Positions 39,576 through 52,722 of a DNA stretch of 64,000 nt are shown piece after piece. The notes beneath the pieces are model-generated. The model was not told the DNA's origin. It did not search any database and saw only the letters and a list, made by a program, of their open reading frames with translations. The DNA is from Octopus sinensis (Eukaryota): positions 49,662,001 through 49,726,000 of the forward strand of contig NC_043012.1 in assembly GCF_006345805.1 (NCBI RefSeq). The letters are read 5' to 3'. The translations under genes were made by a program, and so were the position numbers. Numbering within the stretch: position 1 is the stretch's first letter; every line of letters starts with the position of its first letter.

Positions 39576-39838
39576 ATTCTCTTTTTCTTGTTTCAGTCAT
39601 TTGACTGCGGCCATGCTGGAGCACCGCCTTTAGTCGAGCAAATCGACCGCAGGACTTACTCTTTCGAAGCCTCGTACTTATTCTATCGGTCTCTTTTGCC
39701 GAACCGCTAAGTTACGGGGACGTAAACACACCACCATCGGGGGGTACAAACACAGACACACGAACATATACACACATACATATATATATATATATGCATA
39801 TATACGACGGGTTTCTTTCAGTTTCCTTCTACCAAACT
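39576..39838 (-). mobile_element. SINE family B, 3' half
   Basis: Reverse complement of the family B tail and body. Confidence 0.85.
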
Positions 39839-40352
39839 ACAGACGACGTAATTAATGTTTCTGCCAGCTCGCCGCCCTTTTCTTTCTTGCTAAAAGTTTG
39901 AGCCCATGTAGACTTTCTGAAATACTATTTGTGGCTAACATTGCGATAGCAAATAACAAGCCGATGAAAAATTAACTTTACAAGATAACTTTTAACAACT
40001 AATTACTCCAACGACGTTATTTTTACTATGAATTATGTTCCGCAGTGCATCATAATCGCCTGAGGAGATTAATGTGATATTCAGTTATACCGCGCATCCT
40101 ATTTAGCTGCAAAATCCAACAATATAACACCATCTAATATGTCATCTGATGTCCACCCACTCTTGCAGTTCTACGTTACGATTTTCTGTATTATTATTAT
40201 TATTATTATTATTCAGTAGTTTTATTTTGATATCGTGGTTTTACTTCACTACCAAGCGCAGCTCTGTGTGCCTTGGGTATGTGCTGTCATTTGTTGTGAT
40301 GCTCTTATGGTTATTGTATGGAAATTGTTCTGCGTAGGTATTATTATTATTA

Positions 40353-40399
<47 letters not shown>

Positions 40400-40560
40400 A
40401 TTATTATTACTATTATTATTGCGGTTGTGTCATAAAAAGTGTGCATCGTAACTACAAGGTTTAAAGTTCAGTCTCTCTGCTTGGCGACTTTGGCAAGTAT
40501 GTTTTGCTATAGCCGCAGTCGGCAAACATTTTGAGAGATTTTGGTAGGTAGAAACTGAAA

Positions 40561-40971
40561 GGCGGCGAGCTGGCAGAAGCGTTAGCACGCCGGGCGAAAT
40601 GCTTAGCCGTATTTCGTCTGCCGTTACGTTCTGAGTTCAAATTCCGCCGAGGTGAACTTTGCCTTTCATCCTTTCGGGGTCGATAAATTAAGTACCAGTT
40701 ACGCACTGGGGTCGATGTAATCGACTTAATACCTATGTCTGTCCTTGTTTGTCCTCTCTATGTTTAGCCCCTTGTGGGTATTAAAGAAATAGGCATTTCG
40801 TCTGCCGTTACGTTCTGAGTTCAAATTCCGCCGAGGTCGACTTTGCCTTTCATCTTTTCGCGACGATTTAATAAGTACCAATTACGCACTGGGGTCGATG
40901 TAATCGACTTAATCCGTTTTCTGTTCTTGTTTTCCCCCTCTATGTTTAGCACCTTAAGGGCAATAAAGAAA
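40561..40971 (+). mobile_element. SINE family A, head plus two units, interrupting an old family B-like fragment (40440-40560)
   Basis: Units restart at 40609 and 40793 (184 bp). Confidence 0.9.
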
Positions 40972-41259
40972 ATATATATATAGTAGTAGCGAAAGTTACA
41001 TTGTGCCTCTCTCTGACAATTTCCTGCAGCACAAAATCCCTGGATATTGAAATTGCGGCACCCGTAATAGACGATTCTCGTTTGCTACGATCTATGTTTG
41101 TGCTTTTATGCACTAAAGAACTATAGAGGAAGATCACGCCAAGACAATATGGCCGTATTCGGTATTCAAACAAGACATCCATCTTTATTTGGATATAAAG
41201 CTTACTCTTTGTTATTAATAATGATTATTTTAAAATATGCTACTGATAATAATAAAAAT

Positions 41260-41296
<37 letters not shown>

Positions 41297-41311
41297 ATAC
41301 ACACACATGCT

Positions 41312-41617
41312 GAGACCCCCTTCGGTCATGACTGACCATGGGATTGCACCTAGAAAGTTACCCTCCCAGGCACAAGTCCGGGCAAGTTTGTTTATTGAAG
41401 ACCAGCAGTCGCCCATGCATACCGGCCACCCCTCTCCACGTCACCAGTGTTATCCAAGAGAAAGGCAAAGCGGCCGATACAGCTTGGCACCTGTGACGTC
41501 GCAACTCATTTCTACAGCTGAGTGAACTGGAGTAACGTGAAAAAAGGTGTCTTGCTCAAGAAGACAACACGCAGCCCGGTCCAGGATTCTAACTCACAAC
41601 TAAGCCATGCGCCTTCA
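41312..41617 (-). mobile_element. SINE with family C-type central domain and a third tail type
   Basis: Minus strand: GTGAAGGCGCATGGCTTAG...TTGAGCAAGACACC...CACTCAGCTGTAGAAATGAGTTG, then a distinct tail ending GACCGAAGGGGGTCTC. Confidence 0.75.
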
Positions 41618-41666
41618 CACACGCTCACACACAAACACATATATGTATGTATGTGCATATATATTT

Positions 41667-41708
<42 letters not shown>

Positions 41709-41752
41709 TGTATGTATATATATATATATATATACATACATATATGTATATA

Positions 41753-41787
<35 letters not shown>

Positions 41788-42625
41788 CGAGTGAATGATC
41801 AAACGAAAGATGTGCCCTCAACACATTTATTCGGAGTTACATATATGGATCAAACTGTTTCGATCCATATAGATGTGTGAGTGTGTATGTGCGTGTACGT
41901 GTGCGTGTGTGTTCATGTTTCTGCGTGTGTGCGTGTGTGCGTGTGTCAGTGTATGTGCTGACCAGCAGAGAGAGACTTGTCAAAGTCTGTAAGAATGACG
42001 AGATTTTGCGTACTTTCAATTGGGAATGGGTATAAATTTTCCTCTACTCAATGTATATTTTTGTATTAATCACATGGCAACATTTTTAATTCTCCTACAC
42101 TTTTCCGAGTAGTTTAATCTTTATAAGAGTGTACCAGGTGTTGTAATACATATTTAAAGCGAAACATATGTACAATTTTATATACATTCATAATTATAAT
42201 TCATGGAGCGTTCATGTATTGGAGTTGAAATTGCATGCTTGAAAGTTTTGTACAACCCGTTTAAGTAGAAGAAACGGCATATGAAATAAAGCAGTAGAAA
42301 TATATAGGTCTTCAAGATAAATGCCTTCATTAATATTTAAAATATTTTGCTTCCGCAAAGTTCTTTTAGCCAAACATTCGTCTCCAAAAGACGGTAAGGA
42401 TAATACAAAAGAAACAACGATATTGAAGGTTTAACTTTAATTAGATTTGAACTTTCACTCTATGCATTTATTTCACATATATATGATGGTAGAGGAAAAA
42501 CAAGCATTCTTTTCCAAAAATACGTTACTGAATAATGATCTAAATTCGAAATATCATGCTTGTGCTTTATCTTCAAGAATGACTATTTTTAGCAAGAGAT
42601 AGAGATGTGTATGTGTTTGTGAATG

Positions 42626-42659
<34 letters not shown>

Positions 42660-42832
42660 TTAGAGGGGAAGAGCGAGAAAAAGAGGGCGAGAGAAAGAGA
42701 GAGAGAGCAAAAGAACAGTTAACGTTTATTTCGCCAGATGAAAACCAGCAGGAGAAAAGAAAGTGGCATGCCACGTGAAGGATAGAAAAAAAGCCACCCC
42801 CCCCACACACACACAAGGTGCAAGGGTGTGTG

Positions 42833-42869
<37 letters not shown>

Positions 42870-42989
42870 TCATATATATATATATATATTATATATATAT
42901 ATACATGTACTCATATATATATATATATACATGTACTGTATACATATTATATATACATATTATATATATATATGTTTATATGTGTGTAT

Positions 42990-43032
<43 letters not shown>

Positions 43033-44452
43033 GTATATACATATGTTCGTGTGAGTGTGTGTGTTTAAAATGCTTGTGCTCTCTTTTAAAAATCATTTGC
43101 AACTTAAGAAAGCTGAAATCTTTTTACATCTGCTGGGAATATGAATTTGTTACGAATTCAGTTATCTCTGAGCTTAATATGTTTGTGCGACACGAGAGAG
43201 GCCTCTGTGAAAATGTTAAAAATCTATTCACTCCATACAAACTTATTCTATTTTATTGTTGTTTTTTATTTTTCTGCCAAGCTAATGTAAAATCTAGCTC
43301 TCATTGTACTTTAAGCTTATTCCCATTTAATGACAGTTGATAGCAAGCTTTGGTTCATTACATTTGTATGAAGTTTCCTAGTTACAATGATGTGAAATGT
43401 GTGTTTCGCGTTAGGAATGCTATGGGCAGTGTGTGAAAAATGCATTGTTTTTTTTATTAATGCTGTACCTAAAAAAGAAACCGTACAATGATATCTGATT
43501 GTAATTAGGGTTTTATTGAACTGAGTTCATCTGGTTATATACCCTGTTTTCTTTTTGTTTCAAATGTCCGCTGATGGACAAAAAGCAACGTGAATTTGAA
43601 CTCCAAAGACTGAGAAAGTAATTATTGGAACCCTTCCTAGGCAGACCTAATCGAGGCGTAAAAGTTGCAGTCTTCCTATATGTTGGTAGCCCAGGGACAT
43701 ATTATTAAACATGACGGAATCTTTAATACCTTATATAGAAGTTTTGTTACTATTTCTTGCAGGCTGAACAGCCACATAAGTTCTTCATATGATCTGCTTT
43801 GTTGTTTAACCAGAAAAACCGTGATGGCACAAACAAACGAGAAAAGAAATTTCATCCATCAATCTCTAGATTGGATATGTAGGAAAATAAAATCGACTAT
43901 GTCCTTTCGTTTTTAAACGGTAAGTTGGAATTTGAAGGTAATTTGGCTGCTATTCAGCCACACAGAAACCCTCTGATTGGTTCTTGCATTCTAAGATACT
44001 TCACATTGTCTAACTCCTGCTGCATTTTGTACACCAACGAATACACTTGGCATGCTAAAGTTGCAATTAAATAGCCCACAAATAAAATTTGTCAGTTCTA
44101 GAAACGTGAAGAACAGCTTGCATTTGCCTGTTATTCAAACAACAAGAGCATTATCGATAATAATTATTCAGTTCACCTCATGATACGTTTTGAAAGAGGA
44201 AAGTAAGTATTATTTTATCGACCCAGGAGAAGAGTTCGTCGTACTATGATTTGAACTTGGAAAGCTGAGGGGTGGAAACTACAATATCAAAAGTTATTCT
44301 GTGAGGTTCACTATTTATTCTACTGTTCAATCTACCAGAGATCGTTACATTATATGTGTTCTGAACATAAAAATGCATAAGCATTTGCACACGGAAACGT
44401 GCTTATCTACAATATTACAGACACACATACAGAAAGACTGACAGACACACAT

Positions 44453-44500
<48 letters not shown>

Positions 44501-45487
44501 GCATGCGTATATATTCGCATTTATCCATATGCAAATGCATGTATATATATATGTGTGTATATGCATATGCACAAACACACTGGCACACACACTAATACAC
44601 TAACACAAACACATACAAAAGTGTGTGTGTACGTGTGTGTACTATGTATGAGTGAGTTTGTGTGACTTTACGAGTGTGAATGCACATACGAACCACGAAA
44701 CTACAATGATGATTGTAATTATAGATAGCACATAAAACTATGAAGTCTACAGAATTATGTTGTATTAACATTTATGAATTTCCAATAACGAATGAGTCTG
44801 ATGCTTCGATGCTATACACTACTCTTCTATGTTCGATCAATATATTTCCGCATAGATTATTCTAGACGAAGTTTTAGTGGTGGCCACGAGGATAAGCTAT
44901 TGGTGTCTTGACGGGGAAAAGTAAAAATTCTCTTCCATTTTTATTTGGCTTCACCCCTTTAACTGGAAGTTATTTCGGCCATTTTTTCTACATTGCTTGC
45001 TACTGTCTCTGAAAAGACCAAGTCATATGATGTTCAATTGACTTATCATATCTACGCGCACACACTTTTCTTAAACTTATATCTCTGTTTAGGATTGTTT
45101 CCCAATTCCATTGTTGTGTTCTGCATTTAATCCCTCTACCCTATAACTTTCTCTCGACATGGTATTATGTTGACCAAAGCCTCACTTGCTTGTACATACA
45201 TACATACATACATACATACATACATACATACATACAGTCAGACAGACAGAGATGCATGCATGCATAGATAGACGCATAGAGAATTCAAATCCTCAATTCA
45301 TATGCCAGGAATGATCGCGATATCTGGAACAATAAAAATCTGCAAGATTTTCTTAAGATTTAAAGCCTGATGGTTAAAAGAAACTACTTTCCTTCACAAC
45401 CTTGCTATCAAGAAGGTGGCTGGTCAAAATTTCTCCTAAAGTTAAAACATTCAACAGAACGCGCGCACGTACACACACACACACACG

Positions 45488-45555
<68 letters not shown>

Positions 45556-45932
45556 TAGACGTTTGTGTGTGTCGGGTGCAAGTATTACTAAGAAGATGAA
45601 AAATACCTCAAGGCATGTGTTCCTGCTCGATTTCAAACCTATATTTTCAGGTCTGATTCAGTTTTTTCTCGTAAATGTTAGTAAAATAGATTGCAGAAAT
45701 GGTACGTGGCTCAATATAATCATCCAAAGCTGTTGCTGACGTTGCCACCCATGACTTCTTGTCTGAAAATAGTTAATGCATAACGTGTGTTATTTCGGGA
45801 ATTCTATGTGGTTTGACAGTTTTGACATATGTAGCAGCATTGAGGACTCACATTTGGGAAAATATTTACATTGCATTTCTTTGTATGGGATAAACTTTAT
45901 ACTATATTCTTCCCGATGCAATAGTATTGGTC

Positions 45933-46047
45933 AAACTATCGTATCTCCAACTGCTTCAGATGCCAAGATATCAGAAAATTTCAAAGTGTAGTACAATGGT
46001 TTTGCCATAGAATGGTGAAACTATTTTCGTTTCCTGAAAAAGCAATT
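45933..46047 (+). repeat. Dispersed direct repeat, copy 1
   Basis: Matches 50266-50382 with 4 substitutions and a 2-nt indel. Confidence 0.85.
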
Positions 46048-49010
46048 ATATGAAGGCATTGTAGCAATAACGAAGCATATTCTCTGTCATTCAGATTACT
46101 AGAAATGACAGTAAAATATTCCTGAAATCAAACCTCACCGTCTTAGAAAATTGACAAATTAGATAATGTGATTCTTGTTGAACTGATGATGGAAAATACA
46201 AAATAGATTCCATTGGAATGAGCTGTATCAAGCTATATCATAAATTTGCTCGATTTCGAGTGGATGGGGGTTAAACAAATATAACAACGAAAGGGAATAT
46301 CTGTTAATTTTTGTCCTGGATATTTATAAATATTCTGTTTTGCATAAATAAAGACACCTACATGAATTATTCCCAAACGGAGTCTTTGTCTGATAAATTA
46401 TGCATTTCTAAAGAAAAAAATCTTCACAAATAAATATTCAAGGAAATTATTCTGCAAAGATACAATTCTTCTCACAAGAATTTCGTAACATACTTAACAA
46501 AACACATGTACGGCCCACACGAAATTACTTTTCACACATTTGAGTTGAACATCCTCGAAGGCCATGATTTATCATTAAGTAGCTATCATCGCTGAACTGG
46601 AAATCAAGCGATATAACTTTTGTAACGTTCCATTGTGCAAGCATTACCATTCCCAAAGGCACGCTCACTTTCCCAACACTCCCTACTTTCATGATAACAT
46701 ACATTGTGTTATCAGCCCTTCCGTGTTTAACTAATTCATTTCCGTAGGTATTAGGGTGTCTAGCAATAATACACAAGAATCGCAAGGTTTTATTCTTACT
46801 TTTATGTAAAATCCATTTGATATTGGGCATTTATACGATAAAGTGGCGACTACGTAGATTCCTTAAAACACAAAGCAAAATACTTGGTTAGTCATTCTGG
46901 CTATCTGGGTTCAAATAACACTGAGATTGACTTTGTATGTTATTATGTTGTAATCGATAAATAAATACTACCCTCCAATTGGTATAGGTTGTTATACAAC
47001 CATATATTCTCTTTCTCATTTACTGCCTCTCTTTCTTTCTCTTCGGAAGGAATTGGTTTTTAATTACTAGAGATATATATATTCCGTTAGGTTTAAAGCG
47101 CTCACATTACGCCGTATTTCAGGCGGCATCCTTCCATCCTCATCTTCTGCTAAGTATAAAAAAAGGAGGTAATACAGAGAATGTATTCGACTTCAGCCTT
47201 TATATGTTAATGTTAAACACACATTCAAGAATTACCTAACTATAGCGCGAGGAATTTGCAATTGTTTTATTTACATCCAGTTTAGCACTAACCCTGCAGA
47301 TCGATGATCAAAGCATTCCAGGATTGATTAACCGAAATTTCTGTAGATACAGGACTATGTGTTCTTTATCTTTCAAAGGTAGAGTGAGATCAGAGGGAAT
47401 TTAGGCCACTATTTCTAGTCAGTCTTGCAAGCACTTAAAAGATTGCTTTATTGGCTAACATGCTGAAGAATCTATGGTGCATTTCAAATACTGTTAACCT
47501 GTTGGAATAACATAGAAGACAATATATTGTAAATCTCTCTCTCTCTCTCGCCCTCCCTCCCCTCTCTCTCTCTAAGACCCCCCTCATTGAACTGTTATGG
47601 CAACATAACTTAATGAAAGTAGCAAACGAAATTTTGCCATTGCTCCTGCTGATTAAATCAGAAATGTGTGCCATCCTATGGCAACATATTTATATTGAGT
47701 TCAAGTGGCATGTTGAGAGTTTAGTGATTTCCACTGGGGTTCTGTGCAGTTCTGGTGGAACAATACGTCATTTCCAATCATTCAGTTAGAAACCATCATT
47801 TCATCTACACCTCTGCCTCAATGCTCTTAAGCGAATCGAATCCAGTATACTACTGATATCCATTTTATCGACCGTAATATCTTTTGAAATCGGAACAAGC
47901 TGGTCTCAAACTGCACTAATTTAGCTCTCTATTGCCTCGATCATTAAAAAAAAAGAAACAAAAACGACATAAATTGCAAAAAAAAGCAAAACTAAACAAA
48001 TATTTGTGTCGCATAATAATAACTAACGTGTGAGGGGAAAATCATTTTTTTTTTCATGTCGAAGAAGAGGTTTTGAATTTCAAATATTAACGGTCTAGCC
48101 GTTTAGATCAAAGATAAAGGAAACGGTAATTGGAAGGCATATCAAAAAATAAAATTAAGGGTAGTTTGAATTGTATGCCTCAAATATCAATAAGAATTTC
48201 GATCGGTAGTTTTGACGAATTTTTCACTACAATATCAGTTATTAACCGTATCAAAAAATGATTTTTTTTTTCGTGATTTGCAATTAAGACAATGTAAGTT
48301 TTATCAAATAAAATCCATCATTTCTATAAAGTTCGATCTCATATGCAAAACGGCTATGAGAAAAATTTTCTTTATTTGAGTAAAAAAAAAAATTACCTCT
48401 TTGAAAACAAAAGTAAATGGACATCGTTATAGTAATTTTACAATTATTGTTAGCTTTTAACGACCGGGTTGCAAATGTGAATTGTCCGGAAAGAGATTTC
48501 ACATACATGTAGCTTACATACAAAGAATCACATACAGACACACACACATATATGTATATGTGTGTATGTATGTGTGTATATATATATATATTAGATTCCT
48601 GAATTGAAAGTAGCCTTTGTAAATGGCTATCGAAACTATCAAATTAGAATACTCGTACAATGAATGTAGACATAATTTCATACGTTGATAACATAGAAAT
48701 TGTTTTCTAATAAATAAATTATTGGTTTCTTTTCTTTTGTGTCAACATAAGAGCCTTACATTTTGGAGACAGAAGGAGTGTCTGGAAAATGTGGTATCAA
48801 GAACATTAGTTTCGAACGAACTTGATATAAAACGTTGAAGCGACATTCTGGTTTTTTTTTTGTCTGCATCACTCACAACTGTTGCTCATTTATTATTGAT
48901 ACAGAGGCTTCAAAATATAATCAATTTTGTACGATCATTTGCTTGAAAGTGAGAGGGGGAGACAAAGAGAAGATATGATACAGATCAAGAGAGAGAGAGA
49001 GAGAGAGAAA

Positions 49011-49029
49011 GATAGATATATAGACAGAC

Positions 49030-49126
<97 letters not shown>
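49011..49126. repeat. (GATA)n microsatellite
   Basis: Directly visible. Confidence 0.95.
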
Positions 49127-49127
<1 letters not shown>

Positions 49128-50082
49128 GGGAGAGTGTGAGAGAGAATGATATTCAAAGTACCTTGCAATATTTTTGCTGAATATTTGAGATGAGAGTCGA
49201 ACCCGAAACATAATTCCTGACTTTCGTTACTTTCAGAGATCAATAAAATTAGCGCCATTCAAATTTTTAAGTAAATTTTAATAGGCTGTGCCCGCTACAA
49301 CATTTCTAATTTTGTGCTAATGTAAGAAATATTTTTCATTCTTATCAGAAAGTACTGTAAAGTCATATTATTTAGGTAAGCAAACTTAATAGCTTCTAGT
49401 ATGTATTTGAAACTATGCATTCAGCGTTAAAATTTCAGTTAATTTGTTTTTGTTTTCAAAACCTAGACAATGGATTTTCTTAAAATAAACACCCGTGAAT
49501 TTCTGGCAGCGAATCAATTCACAATACTCCTCATCATTAATTATTTGGCATTGAATATTATCAAATGATTTTTAGTTAATGGTATTTTTAGAAAATGGAA
49601 ACCTCAATTCAACATTAACTGATGCGAAATTTTAACTATATTTAAGGTATTTCAGAGAAATCCATTGAAAACTTTTCTCAAATAGTTATTTATAATTGCA
49701 TCGAAATATTTCCAACTGGTGTATTAGAACTAGATGCCTGATCTCGCATGCTACACATATAACAGTTTTATTGTACCATCTCTGTCTCTCCGATAGAATA
49801 AAAGTCTTTTAGACAGAAGGCTAGCAACTTTTAGGGGAGAAGGTTGAGTTGATACTGTCGGCTTCTTGTCTGTTTTCTTTTCCCGTTATCTACGTCAGAG
49901 GAATGAAAGGCGAAGTTAATATCGACAGGATTTATACACCAACTGTAAAGAACCGGGAGAATACCACAAATCATTTTTTTCCATATATGTCAAAGTAAAA
50001 CGTCTCTACCAATTCTTCGCTTTGATTTTTAATATATAATAATGATAATCTCTTGTCACAGAAATTTAGACAAATATAGTGG

Positions 50083-50120
<38 letters not shown>

Positions 50121-50167
50121 GTAATAACGCTTATTTTAACACATATAGCGATAAGGAAAGTTATTTT

Positions 50168-50209
<42 letters not shown>

Positions 50210-50265
50210 GTATGTCCAAATTAGACGAAATAGATTTTTTGTTTCAGTATTTATTTTTGCTTGTT

Positions 50266-50382
50266 AAACTATCGTATCTCCAACTGCTTCAGATGCCAAG
50301 ATATCAGAAAATTTTAAAGTGTAATACAATAGTTTTGCCATAGAATGATGAAACTAATTTTTCGTTTCCTGAAAAAGCAATT
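50266..50382 (+). repeat. Dispersed direct repeat, copy 2
   Basis: See 45933-46047. Confidence 0.85.
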
Positions 50383-50415
50383 TCTTGGTCTTATGACACC
50401 TTTGCATAATAGCAA

Positions 50416-50460
<45 letters not shown>

Positions 50461-50463
<3 letters not shown>

Positions 50464-50752
50464 GATAATAATAAGGGTAAAATTAATTAATTAATTAGTA
50501 ATTAATAATTTTACCAAGCAGTGTTCAGTATGTAAAAGGACCATTTACGGTAAATTTAAACATTATTTTATATAATTAGGGTTCAGCAAAAATTGCTTTA
50601 CCACACACCGAACTTTTTGATATATCAGCCAAAGAATTTAGCTATTTCCTCTACTTTAAGAAGAGTCTCCCAGATAATGTATACTTAAAGTAAAGGAAAT
50701 AGCTAAATTCTTTGGCTGCTATTTCTAAAAGTTCGGTGTGTGGTAAAGCAAT
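50461..50752. mobile_element. Fold-back element next to (AT)n (69-bp inverted arms)
   Basis: 50592-50660 and 50684-50752 are inverted with 4 mismatches and a 23-nt loop; (AT)n directly to the left. Confidence 0.6.
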
Positions 50753-51547
50753 ATATAAATAGTTTACTATAAATACTTATTTTAACAAATGTTCTCATTT
50801 TACCTCCATTATATGTCATACATTATAAAGAGATAGTTGGGAAATGCTTTATGATTTTTTAATGGTATTGTTTGAAGATATAATAATATTTATACACGTA
50901 TATGATAATCATGTATGATCGAAAGTTATTCGTTATGGCTGAACGTACTCAGGAAAAAATAACAAAATAAATAAATCATTTTTTTAAAGCTTTGTTGTTG
51001 CTGTTGTTGATTAACTTACAGAAAAAAAATATTTATTAGGTAGAATTTTTGTCAAAATAGAATCTTATTCAAAGCATCCCAAGTATGATAATCTCATCTC
51101 ATTGGAAAATCGTATCGCTTCATGAGAATTCGTTATTTCTAGGATGTCCCAGTAAAAATTTCTGGTCGTAGATTTAATATAGTCAGAAACTGCGATTGAA
51201 TTCTACGATAGGACATATTTGTTGTTCTAAGAGTGAAAGGACATGTTGATTGTGTGATATTGAATTTAAACGAACTCAGTACCTGGTTTACTATTGAATT
51301 AACGATCGCTCAAATGGATATATGGTAACGTCGAGAAAGTAAAAATTTAATAAAATAGTACCGTTTTGTCAGTCGCTCTATCATCTATGCTAATTCTGTC
51401 CTTGTATATATTAACGTAATCCTTTTCAAGATATGAACAGCGGCAAATATTTTAAGTCAGTATTCAGTATGATTTGTTAAGACAGACATCAAAATTTGTC
51501 AGGTAGTTAATTTAATGACCTCTGAATGACGAACCGTAAAGATGATA

Positions 51548-51720
51548 TTATTTACATTATTTACATTCGTCGGATATTTGTCCTCATTTTGTTTGTTGTT
51601 AGCACAACCTTTCGGCTGATATACCCTCCAGCCTTCTTCAGGTGTCTTGGGTAAATTTCGAACCTGGGTTCTCATTCCTAAGGTATTCTTCAATCTTATT
51701 AACCACTACGCCATATACCC
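51548..51720 (-). mobile_element. Family H element, inverted partner (partial head, 3'-shortened)
   Basis: Minus strand starts GGGTATATGGCGTAGTGGTTAA and then joins the family H body. Confidence 0.85.
51601..51646 (-). ncRNA. Minimal type I hammerhead (core intact, stem III ACGU>AGGU)
   Basis: GACAC-CUGAAGA-A-GGCUG-GAGGGUAUAU-CAGCC-GAAA-GGUU-GUGCU. Confidence 0.7.
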
Positions 51721-51722
51721 AC

Positions 51723-52000
51723 GGGCATATGGCGTAGTGGTTAAGAGCGCGGGCTACTAACCCCAAGATTCCGAGTTCGATTCCAAGCAGTGACTTGATC
51801 AATAATAATAATAATAATAATAATAACATCGAAGATACCTTAGGAATGAGAACCCCGGTTCGAAATTTCCCCAAGACACATGAACAAGGCTGGAGGGTAT
51901 ACCAGCCGAAATGATGTGTTAACAACAAACAAAATGAGGACAAATATCCGTCGATTGTAAATGATGTAAATAATGTACATAATTCCTCATCTCATATATA
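51723..52000 (+). mobile_element. Family H element, full length: tRNA-derived head, (AAT)n, HHR body
   Basis: A box TGGCGTAGTGG (51730-51740), B box GTTCGATTCC (51775-51784), (AAT)8, degenerate HHR at 51875-51920 (AUGAACA, GAAAUGAU). Confidence 0.85.
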
Positions 52001-52657
52001 GAACCGTAAAAATGATAGCGGCCATTCATGAAGATAGGCTGAACATGGATGATACTGACTTCCAATATCACACGTTACTTAGAGCGGTGCTCATCTGATT
52101 GTGTTCGTTCACGTTCCTTATATATTTTACACATTGATATCTGCCACAGACATATTAACTCAAATACGAAGGAGGATTCAAAACATTTATATCGAATCCA
52201 CCTACGGTTAGTCTACTTTTTCGAACTCGAAATAATGAAAGTAAAACTTTCTATCCATCGCTATAAGTCCACAACATAAAGAATTGAATAAAGCAAGGCA
52301 TGTCGTTCCAAATTCTAATGAATCTGATAAACCAGTCTCGTTAATTTTTCCATATCTAACAGTAATATATCTGTTAAGTAAAACAAACATATAAGCAGAC
52401 AAAGATTAAAAACTAATTTCGGATAATCTTATTATAGTAATTAAGAACATATTAAATAAATTAATTGACGTTCAGATGACAAAATTTATGCTTATGTTAC
52501 CGCATTTTTGATTTATTTCGTAACGTAATATGCTCTGAAGAAATTCATAAAACTTTAAAGGTTCCCCTTACTTAATTTCTGTTTTGCCAGCACATTTGAT
52601 ATGTCATTCTCTAATTTTAGCGCAATATAAATAAGCTGCCTCCATACAAACAGTCAT

Positions 52658-52722
<65 letters not shown>

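Noticed and set aside
43763-43919. Plus-strand segment with strong acceptor and donor
   Set aside because: Stops in all three frames and no partner exons; likely chance. The 25-nt candidate near 59088-59113 is similarly unsupported.
46176-46222. CTGATGA-T-GGAA...TTCC
   Set aside because: A stem II-like pairing exists but GAAA and stems I and III are missing.
50461-50540. Minus-strand CTGAACA followed by an AT-rich hairpin
   Set aside because: G8 is absent, no GAAA follows and the sequence ends in (AT)n; not called as a ribozyme.
51723-51795. tRNA gene
   Set aside because: A and B boxes are present but the acceptor stem does not close; this and the other tRNA-like heads are treated as SINE-type promoters.
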